Shown: positions 53,980 through 64,000 of the stretch, piece by piece
How the letters are laid out: every line of letters starts with the position of its first letter
Position numbering within the stretch: the stretch's first letter is position 1
NCBI GenBank assembly: GCA_964016885.1
Contig: OZ024744.1
Span: forward strand, 49,166,001 to 49,230,000
DNA: 64,000 nt
Source: Eledone cirrhosa
Taxonomy: Eukaryota
Direction of reading: 5' to 3'
Notes under the pieces: model-generated
The model's input: only the letters and a program-made list of their open reading frames with translations
What the model was told of the DNA's origin: nothing
Databases searched by the model: none
Position numbers and translations under genes: made by a program

Positions 53980-55279
53980 CAGGGTGTGGACGATATTTGT
54001 TTGCAATTTTCAACTGCTAATTTTATGCAAATTTTTTTTACTTCTGTTGTCACTCTTGTCTTCATAAAAACAGTGAAACAGTGACTATATTTACATTATT
54101 TATTTTCAGAATATTGATTATGAATAATTTTGAACCTCCAAATTTATGGAAGAGACACGGAGTTCTTCTTGGAATTTGCGCCGGGAGGACAAATAAGGAA
54201 ATTTCAGACTTTCTCAGCGTCAGCAGGAGAATGGTGGAAAAGGTCAGAAAGGAATTGGAAGATTCAGGATTTGACTACGAAGCAACATCAGAGAGGAAAA
54301 CACATGATCGACGATCTGACACCTTCAGAATGCCCGAGTTCGTCACTGAAGTTCAGGATATCATCAATAATGAACCTAGCAAGTCCATGCGTGCCATTGC
54401 AAGGGAAAAGGCATAGATGAAAAGCTCAATAGGCTGGTGGTACATGAAGACATTCGCTACGTTTCATACAAGATGAGGAAAGGACAATTTCTGTCAAAGG
54501 CGATGCAAGAAAAATGACTGAAGCATGCAAAGAAGCTGATCAACAAGTTGAAACACCCACTGGAGCCAGACATGCTGTGGTTTTTTTCCGACGAGAAAAA
54601 CTTCTGCCAAGACCAGAAGATCAGCTCCCAGAGCAACAGGTGGCTCGCTGTCTCATCCAAAGACGTGCCCAGAGTCATGCAGACAAAGTTTCCAGCGACA
54701 ACATTGGTCTTAGGTGTCGTCAGCAGTCAAGGTGACATGATACCACCTCACTTCTTCCCTGAGGGCCTCAAACTGAACACCGATGGCTACATCCGCGTTC
54801 TGAGCAAGGTAGTAAAGCCCTGGATTGACCAGGTACCTGTAGGTAGGCCGTACGTGTGGCAGCAAGACTCAGCAGCCTGCCATACCAGCCGAAAGACCCA
54901 AGCCTGGCTGTCAGAGAACTTTGTCCACCACACTTCACCTGACATCTGGCCTCCCAGCTCGCCTGACTGCAACCTCTTCAACTTCTTTGTGTGGGGCACA
55001 GTGGAATGAGACACCAACAGATCTAGCTGCAATACGAAAGACGATCTGAAGGCCAGGATCACAAGTGCCTTTAGGGGCCTAAGTTGGGGGACAGTGACGA
55101 AGGCCTGTAGCTGGTTCCGAGGCCGCCTTGAGGCCGTCATCCAAGCCAATGGCAGGTTTATCGAGTGAGATCGAAAGAACAAGTCATGAAGACAAACTGA
55201 CCCAAGTTTGATAAATATATCTTAAAAAATAAAACTACTGTATTATTTTTTCCTGCGAACAAATATCGTCCGCACCCTG
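53980..55279 (+). mobile_element. Tc1/mariner DD37D (maT) transposon, full length, inactive transposase
   Basis: TIRs CAGGGTG(T/C)GGACGATATTTGTT(T/C)GCA, TA on both sides; FSDEK, QQDSA, WPPSSPDCN with 37-aa spacing to a D->N position; stops and frameshift. Confidence 0.93.
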
Positions 55280-55314
55280 TATATATATTTATATATATAT
55301 ATATACACACACAC

Positions 55315-55345
<31 letters not shown>

Positions 55346-55875
55346 GTTTAAACGATGATGATGATATATATCTTTATTTAATACAGAAATGACTTCTACT
55401 TCATATGAAAACAATTCTAGTCTTGTAGAAGCCATACTGTATTGAGTGACTTTTAAACTGTGGTTACCCACAAATTCACTTAGGTTCTATCTATCTATCT
55501 CTATATATATGAGTTGCCATCGGTCTGATTTTATAAACTATTTTATAGCATCTTTATGCATGAGCACACTATTCTTTATATTAGGTTTATCGCCTCAGTG
55601 TTTTGCAAACACCCGAGAGATTAGCTTTGTATAAATTCAGTATGTTAATATATATATATCATCATCATCACACACACACACATTTAAAAGATTCAAAATC
55701 AGTGTTGCAGCATATATAGAAACTTTATTTGCATATTACAATTGTTTTGATATTGATCAGCTCAGGGTACAATCAGGGTGACAGAATGCAACTCTTCTTC
55801 AACATCTCGTCAGATATGCAAGCTTATATGTGCAAAGATACATCTAAATGCTTAATTTTATTTCTCTATTTTCAG

Positions 55876-56040
55876 GATACCTTACAACTCTACCATCCGA
55901 TAAGCCAACAGTGTTTAGACTGTGATGCAGGAAGCAAAGAGGTGTTCATGAATCCGTGCAATAAAAATACGTTAACCCAGCAATGGACCTTCGAACATAC
56001 CAATGCGACAGCCCTACATATTGAATGGAAAGCAACGTAA
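55876..56040 (+). CDS. GALNT10: Terminal coding exon of a GALNT10-like gene (ricin-B lectin gamma repeat)
   Basis: Acceptor TTTCTCTATTTTCAG; LYHPISQQCLDC..VFMNPC...TQQWTFEHTNAT resembles the GALNT10 C-terminus as I recall it (LYHPVSGSCMDC..IFMNTC..TQQWLFEHTNST); TAA at 56038-56040. Confidence 0.85.
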   Translation, partial: DTLQLYHPISQQCLDCDAGSKEVFMNPCNKNTLTQQWTFEHTNATALHIEWKAT

Positions 56041-56139
56041 TGAAAGTGTTCATGTAGCTCCATCATCATCACCATCATGGTTATTTGTATTTTTATGCCA
56101 TCGTCATTGTTTTTACGTCTTAGGGGAGTCAGATTAGCA

Positions 56140-56810
56140 TATTTCTAATAGAAAATACTGCTGTTTGAAACATAACTTAACTATTATGTAATTCAGGGCC
56201 CACCGAAGGGAAAAATGAAGAAAAATTTGGATGAAAAATGAAGAGAAATAGTTTTTCATTAGTTCTATAGGTGTCTTAACAATTACATGACCAGATTTCC
56301 AATGATAAACACTGCTTGTTATTAAGCTGGAGTTTCAAACATTACTTAACTATTATGGAATTCAGGGCCTGTCTAAGAGAAAATCAAGAAAAATTTGGAT
56401 GAAAGATGGAGAGAAATAGTTATTAAATAGTTAGGTAGGTTTCCTAGCATTTTCTTTACCATATTTCTTATGAAATATGTTGCCAAATGTGTTCGTTACC
56501 ATATTTCTAATGATTTTCAATCATTTTGAAAATAATCAAGAATTTGGGAGGATTTAATAATACCCACTGATTTAATTATCTTACTCATTATTAAGCTGAT
56601 GTTTTGAACATAACATAGCAAAGGTTCTTTTATAAAATTATGATAACATTTTTTTTTAGTCAAATACAAATAGTTTAAACCCTTTTGTTACCTGATTTCT
56701 CTGAATCACTTTCAAAATAACCAAAAATTTATTTCTATTAGTAATGTAGCTAACTTTCTCATTATTAAGCTGGTGTATGGAACATAACTTAACCAATGTT
56801 CTTACATAAA
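56140..56810. repeat. Diverged ~172-bp tandem duplications downstream of the GALNT stop
   Basis: AACTATTATG.AATTCAGGGCC..GAAAAATTTGGATGAAA twice; ATTAAGCTG...AACAT recurs. Confidence 0.6.
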
Positions 56811-57024
56811 ATTATAATGTTTTCTTATATAGGCACAAGGCCAGCAATTTGGGAGGAGGGGCATGTCGATTAAATCGACCCCAGTCAAAATTATAATGGA
56901 AGGGTTTCTGATAGATAGAACCATTTAAAAGTGAGGTTTTATGTCGAAGAATGGGGGCAGGAGTACCAGCATGATACAATGAATGTTAAATGATATAGAT
57001 ATATCACAATTTATTAAACTTGTT

Positions 57025-57089
<65 letters not shown>

Positions 57090-57199
57090 AATATATATAT
57101 ATATATATATTGTATCTTAATTTCATTAGAAATACCCAAAGTTGGTAGAGCACTCAATCCGAAGGACAAGTTGAGGTATACAGTTATTTATCACACTAA

Positions 57200-58710
57200 C
57201 AGATACTGTTTGCCAGTGACATGTTTCATTGTTGTCAATTCATCAGTCTGGCCATTTTAATAGATCTAACTTTATATACAGTGAAAAGTGTGAGGGGAGT
57301 ATTCTTTATTTAAGTTGAGTAAAGCAACAGATAAAGGGAGCTAACTTAGGTGAGAAAGTTATTTTGACCAAAAGTTGTTTTGAAAAGTATATGAAAGACT
57401 AGATAAGTTTAAAGCTAAGACAGGGAGATATGCATAGGAAGGGGGAGTGAGAGAGGGGGTAGAAGACAGGCACTGCCTTGAGTGGATTTCTGGATGTTGA
57501 TTAGAGAGTTTTTTTTTATATTAAACATTTTTAGAAATTGGGGTTCCTAAAGAGATGTGAAAAATGTTAAGGAGTGGCATCTGTGGTCTGTGTGTGAGAT
57601 CCGTGATGATGTGGAACTTAGTCCAGATGTTTCCAGATTTAGGATATGCTTGAACACATGTGAAACCTCATAGATAGAGATTTTCCTCTCAGTCATAAGT
57701 ATAGAGAAATATTCAACTGACATATTGTAAAAAGCAGTTATTCTTTTGCAAGAAGTATAAAATATGTCACCTACAAACCTATGAGCTCTCCCACACTTGG
57801 TTGCTTATGCAGATGACCAGACACATGCTCTCTTGACCAATAGTGTAACATATCCACCATGGTATATGAAGCAGAAATCACCATAACCCAACTGAAAAAG
57901 CAATAGAACACCAAGACAGAAGGGAATGTTGGAAGGTCATTTAAAAAATTGTTTCCTTAACCATGAAACAACTTTAGGCACCTGGAAAAGAGATCTGCCA
58001 CGAAAGTTGCAACTTACGTTTGGAGCCTCAAGGATAATCGCATGAAAACCTCTATTAAATAAGGAATTCTGGAAAGATTTAGACCCTATTCAAATAGAAC
58101 AAAGTTGTGTAATTTGTGCACGGACGTACGATGGAACATTCTGAAAAGCTGCAGAAAACCTGTAACTATCTGAATACAAGGGAAGAAATTTTAACTGTTG
58201 CCCACATGTGTTCAAGTATATTAAAAAAAACTGGAAACATCTGGGCTAAGTTCCACATCATCACGGATCATACACACAGACCACAGATGCCACTCCTTAA
58301 TATTTTTCACCACTCTTTACTAACCTTCAACATATAAAAACCGTTTAATATTTAAAAAAAAAAACCTCTCTATTTACATCCAGAAAGCCACATGAGATGT
58401 GCCCTCTTCCATCCTTATTCCTCTCCCACTCTCCCATATCAGCTCTAAACCTATCTAGTCTTTCATAAAATTTTAAACTTTTGTTCAACATATCTTTCTA
58501 TCTCTTTCTCTACTAAATCACCTAACTTACCTCCCTTGGTCTGTTGTTTTACACAAAACGACCTGAACAAAAAAGTACTTCTATCTCTACATATCTAACG
58601 CTTAATCATTATCCCTTTCTTTATAACTCTTCTATAAAGGAACATAAGAAACACAACCCTTCCAAAATGGCCAGACTGATAATTTGACAACAATGAAACA
58701 TCTCTGTTAA
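57200..58710. mobile_element. Old PLE: degenerate GIY-YIG 3' end (+, ~57800-58710) with an inverted copy of its 3' part (57200-57700)
   Basis: MVYEAEI..YVWSLKD..LCNLC..YLNTREEI remnants; 57530-57680 inverted vs 58160-58310; hammerhead motif at each outer end. Confidence 0.72.
57212..57252 (-). ncRNA. Minimal type I hammerhead motif (decayed inverted copy at 58670-58706 +)
   Basis: GCCAG a-CUGAUGA-AUUG acaa CAAU-GAAA-CAUG-UC-a CUGGC. Confidence 0.75.
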
Positions 58711-58769
58711 TATGAAAAATAATTGTGTGTGTCTGTGTATATATATATATATAATAATAATAATGAAAA

Positions 58770-59358
58770 TTATTGTGTACAGTGCTCAAGTGCACTATAA
58801 CACATCAAAGGTGCATGTATAGTACATAGAATAATGTACAAATGTCAGGAAAGTGAACAGTGTATGAGTGATGACACACATACACTCACATGCATGTGTG
58901 TGTATGGAGGGGCGATTTCAGGTGTAGTGTTGGCAAATTTTGAGCAGCATGGAGGTTTTGAAGGATGCAGTGTCCCGGCATCTAACAACTGATGCAGATA
59001 GTTTGTTCCATGCTTCAGCAACTCTAAGCGTGAAAAAATGTTATGGGAGTTGTACTGTTTTTTGATTGTGTAAGCATGTCCATGGGTGTTAGACATGGAA
59101 TTCAAAAAGGTGCTCAGGGTTGTTAGAAAGATGGTTAATAATTTTTGTGAGTGTTTACCAAGTCAGTTGCCAGACGTCGGAGCTTTAATATATCCATGTC
59201 CAAGGAAGCAAGGCGTTTAGACTATGGTAGATGCCTGATGAAGGGTATTCACTTGGTTGCACATCTCTGAACAGTTTCCAGGAGGTCAATATTCTGAGCA
59301 AGATAGGGGTTCCAGACTGGTAGTGCGAATTTTATGTGTGGCCACACCATAGCTATAT
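58770..59358 (-). mobile_element. CR1-like LINE 3' fragment
   Basis: PVWNPYLAQNIDLLETVQRCATK..RLASLDMDILKLRRLATDL. Confidence 0.8.
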
Positions 59359-59699
59359 ATATATATATATGATTGTATATATACACACACACACACACAC
59401 ACATATATTTCCATATATATTCATATATGAATATAAGATTCTATGAATCAATCTTCAGCTTCAATGACTGCTTCAATACAAGATTGGAAAAGTTGCCATC
59501 ACCTGGACAATGGTGGCCTTCTGTGAATTTATGGTTTTTGAGGATGTCAATTAGTCACCCATTCAACAACGCTTGAAACGTATTAGTCTATTGGATTAAT
59601 ACTTAGTAAGATTGGAGGCGATGAATTTGGTGTTACATGATTGCAAAGATTGTCTGACATAAATTATTGGGACATGTTGTTTTTTTGGGGGGGAGGTGC

Positions 59700-60520
59700 T
59701 GAGTTTTGTTGAAACAGGTATGGCCTTCCACTACATACTTCATGCATTCAGCACCCTACCATATCCAGCAACATTGATTCTAAGACTCTGTGGAAAGATG
59801 TGACATTACTCACCACTCCTAAAACCATCACAGTTGCTGGAAACTAAGTGTGTATAGTTCTGGGGACATTAGAAGGATCTGCTTGTAACCATCTGTCATC
59901 TCTATTGTTAGACTTTTGGTCTTGGTCAAAATTTTTCTCATCAGAGAAGAACCATAGCATGTCATGTTCATGAGAGGATTTAACCTTGTTAAGTAACCGC
60001 TTGACAGAGATCAAATGGTTTTCCTGTGTCTCTGCAGATATGAATTGCCTCTTCCCAGTACATACGATTAGTATCAAATGCCCTTGTGCACTGCAGTTCC
60101 AATAGTAGCCACCAGAACACTGGACAAATTGGGACAATATGTCACAATTAATAACAATTAAAACACCCAAGAACCTCCCAACAAATGTGTCCAAACGTGG
60201 AAGAGCCGAACTCCTACTGTCGTCACCTCCATCTCTCTCACCATCCCCATCTATCTGTATTATGAGCAAATGGGGTCCAACGTGCTGGCCACCCCACAGC
60301 CCCACCTGAAGTTCTTTGATGGTCTTCATTGACTTTCTGGGAATATCATTGATGATGTTTTGAACACATAGAATGAATTGTAGTGTCCTTATAGTGTCTG
60401 AACGTTTAGAAGTTTCTTTTTTCTTTTTGATACATTTGAAACATAACCACCAGAAGTTTCTAAATTCAGCCAAACTTTGTACAGAAAAGATATTGCAACA
60501 TTTTAAAAGTTAGCAAAGTG
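59700..60520 (-). mobile_element. Degenerate maT-type transposase fragment with ~250-bp insert (~60050-60305)
   Basis: DMLWFFSDEKNFDQDQK..DRWL; RSDTIRT..IINDIPRKSM, homologous to 53980-55279. Confidence 0.78.
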
Positions 60521-60698
60521 TTCTTCACATTTGCGATAATGACTGTATATTTTGTAATTTCTGGTGTTAACTTTTTATCTGCTATGGGGGACCTGTGAGA
60601 CATACTATACGGCTAATTAGTTTGAAGAGTGTAATGTACTGATAAAAGTCCTCAAATGTCTCTCTCACACATTCTGTGTGTGTATATATATGTATATA

Positions 60699-60760
<62 letters not shown>

Positions 60761-60774
60761 GTGTGTGTGTGTGT

Positions 60775-61023
60775 ATGAGGCACAAGTCCGGGCAAGGTTG
60801 TGAAAGACCAGCCTCCCCTCTCCACGCCACCGATGGAAAGTCAAAGGCCAATACAACTTGGCATCTGTGACATCACAATTCATTTCTACAGCTAAGTAAA
60901 CTGGAGCAATATGAAATAAAGTGTCTTGCTCAAGGACACAACGCATCACAAGGTCCAAGAATCAACCTCACAACTTTTCCCGATTGCAAGCCCAAAGCTC
61001 TAACCACTGAGCCATGCACCTTC
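60775..61023 (-). mobile_element. SINE related to family 1 with a different 3' part
   Basis: GGTGCATGGCTCAGTGGTTAGAG head; CCTTGAGCAAGACACTTT body. Confidence 0.7.
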
Positions 61024-61135
61024 ATATGTGTATATAAATATATATATATATTTTATATATATATAAAATGTATGTGTATATAAATAAATGTATATATATA
61101 TGTATGTATCTATAATTGTATATATATCTATATAA

Positions 61136-61185
<50 letters not shown>

Positions 61186-61360
61186 ATATATATATAAATG
61201 TATATGTGTAAGCGAAACACTGTCCTGTGACCTGATCTTTCCTAAAGGGACAGCCTGTCCTATGCATACTAGTGTGGAAAATGGACGTCAAACGATGATG
61301 ACATATATATATATATATATGTGTGTGTGTATATGTACGTATGTATGTATATATGTATGT

Positions 61361-61643
61361 ATCATCATCATCATCATCATCATTTTACGTCCGCTTTTCC
61401 CTGCTTGCAAGGGTGGGATGGGAACTGATTCTGGCTTTTTTGCCGTGGCACCTCCACGACCACTTTGCAGTGGAATGATAGGGACCCCAGTCCCTATCAT
61501 CTCATTTCTACAGCTGAGTAAACTGGAGCAATGTGAAATAAAGTGCCTTGCTCAAGGAAACAACACATCACCTGCTCTGAGAATTGAACTCAAAACCTTT
61601 CGATTTCAAGGCCAATGCTCTAACCACTAAGCCATGTGCCTTC
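61361..61643 (-). mobile_element. SINE family 1
   Basis: Same head, body and tail. Confidence 0.85.
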
Positions 61644-62003
61644 ATGTATGTGTATATATATATATGTATGTGTATATATATATATGTATGTGTATATATA
61701 TATATGTATGTGTATAGATATGTATGTATATACATATGTATATACATACAAGAGGCGGAAGAACTCATCAGAGTCAACGGCCATCCAAAAGTGTAAATAT
61801 GTATATACACATGTACATATGTATGTATATGCGTGGGGGACATAAAAATAGTTGGGCTGGATATCCGATCGCGTGGTTAAACCACTGGGAGTGAAGGACT
61901 TCTAGCATTTGTCAAGGCAACTCAGGAATTTGTATTATATATATATGTATATATATATGTATTTATATATATATATATATATGTATTTATATATATAAAT
62001 GTA

Positions 62004-62041
<38 letters not shown>

Positions 62042-62160
62042 CATATATATGTTTATATATATATATATATATACACATATATATATATATGATTCTTCCA
62101 TAGGCGGTATGCCAGTTGAGCACTCTATGTTCTTACAGAATCAGACAGATCCATACAATG

Positions 62161-62206
62161 ATTGTGTCTCGAGCTATCTGCCAGCGAAACAATTGTAACA
62201 CACAAT
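62161..62206 (+). ncRNA. Degenerate hammerhead motif (2-nt core deletion)
   Basis: GUGU-CU--CGA-GCU..AGC-GAAA-CAAUUG-UA-ACAC. Confidence 0.5.
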
Positions 62207-62294
62207 AAACTGAGTCCAGATGCATCACTGACTTTTCGTTTTATATTAAATACATAAATATATATATAAATATCCTCATAAAATGATGATGATA

Positions 62295-62532
62295 TTTATA
62301 TATATATCTATATGTATTTATATATATATATATATGTATTTATATATATATAAATACATGTATTTATATATATATATATTTATATATATGTACATATATA
62401 TATCTATATATTTATATATATGTATATATATATTTATATATATGTATATATATATTTATATATATGTATATATATGTATATATTTATATATATGTATATA
62501 TATGTATATATTTATATATATGTATATATATG

Positions 62533-62606
<74 letters not shown>

Positions 62607-62836
62607 TCTCTGTTTTGTTCCCCTCCAAATTTGCACTATATATATATATATGTATATATATGTATGTATATATGTATATAAATATATGTATGTATATATA
62701 TTTATATGTATGTATATATGTATATAAATATATGTATGTATATATATTTATATATATGTATAAATAAATATATATATATATATATGTGTGTATATATATA
62801 CATGTGTATATATATATGTGTATATATAAATACGTG

Positions 62837-62869
<33 letters not shown>

Positions 62870-62870
62870 G
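62295..62870. repeat. (TA)n compound microsatellite
   Basis: Read directly. Confidence 0.95.
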
Positions 62871-63808
62871 TAGCAATATCTGTAGGGATGAAAAAGGAAA
62901 ACTGCTGAATTGGGGAGAGAATAGAAATATATTATTTATTTATATTATAAACGGTCGATTGGCAGTAGAGAGTTGGACACCATGCTTTGAAGCATAGAGT
63001 TACGTCCCTTTATGATCTGAGTTCCAATCCCGCCGAGGTTAACTTTGCCTTTCATCCTTACGGGGTCGATAAAATAAAGTACCAGTAATGTACTGGATAA
63101 TTGCTGGCCTTGTGCCTAAAATAGAAACAATTATTTATTTATATTCATACACAGAATAAAAAACATTACCTAAGGCTTCAAGGCCCAATATTGACCCTAT
63201 CTCCTGTATGTTAGAGAGATCAAAATTGCATGCTAAAAACGCTAACTCAAGAACAACATGATGACCAAGGGAAATGTTTAGAGGATACTTCCATCTGAAA
63301 ACCAACTGCTGTCTAAGTGGAAATATTCAACAAATTCTACTGGTTTTCAACCACCTTAATTTGATTTCTATACTTTCTTAATATTTTGTTCTCTTTCTTT
63401 CTTTTTCCACCCTTACATAATACAATATATCTTCTATACTACTCTACTTCATACATTAATAAATATTATCATCTCTATATTACATTCCACCACACAATAC
63501 TTATAGCCTATGAACACTAACGCGTGTACGATTTTGCTATTTCAAATTTACATCTTGGAGTTATTTCCCTTGGTCATAATGTTTTTCTTAAGCTAGCGTT
63601 TTTAGCATGCATTACTTTTAATGATATTTTATAAACTTGTATAAGCTCCTGAAGCTCACTATTTTTATCTCTCTTTCTGGAGATATTGTTAAAAGTGGGT
63701 ATTGAAACTTTAGGTAGCGATTTATTCTATTTATGAAGATAAATAATATAATATATGTGTATATGCATATATATATATATATATATGTATGCATATATAT
63801 ATGTATGC

Positions 63809-63847
<39 letters not shown>

Positions 63848-64000
63848 TACGTATATATATATATATATGTATGCGTATATATATATATATATCTGCAAAT
63901 GTGGTTGGTGTTAGGAAGGGCATTCATCTATATAAAATTCCTGATCAAATTGACAGTAAGTTATGGTGTCACCAACTGGCCAGACTTGTTTCATCACATG

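Noticed and set aside
55729-55875. N-terminal part of the 103-aa ORF
   Set aside because: Intronic read-through upstream of the splice acceptor
59196-59202. CTGATGA as a hammerhead core
   Set aside because: Lies in CR1 coding remnant (antisense of FIR); no downstream GAAA or helices
60270-60310. GLWGGQ as a GALNT WGGE-motif exon
   Set aside because: Wrong strand, downstream of the stop, at an insert junction inside a mariner fragment

Overview
Eukaryotic, AT- and microsatellite-rich DNA; the SINE/RTE repeat content suggests an octopod cephalopod (inference). Bases 1-11040 are a ~36-bp minisatellite with higher-order structure. The rest is mostly transposon-derived: two copies of a Penelope-like element (PLE; RT plus GIY-YIG, one with a 900-aa ORF), remnants of other PLE families, about a dozen RTE-clade LINE pieces whose RT carries an inserted PHD finger, two tRNA-headed SINE families, a DD37D (maT) Tc1/mariner with both TIRs, a hAT fragment, a solo LTR and CR1 fragments. 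Host content is the first coding exon and last exon of a GALNT10-like gene (+); its middle exons were not found and may lie in the 200-N gap. The most notable signal is roughly a dozen type I hammerhead ribozyme motifs, intact to degenerate, from many unrelated families. Several have unusually long helix II and sit in non-coding, repeat-flanked (retrozyme/pLTR-like) units inserted in (TA)n. All calls were made by eye, without database searches or folding software.
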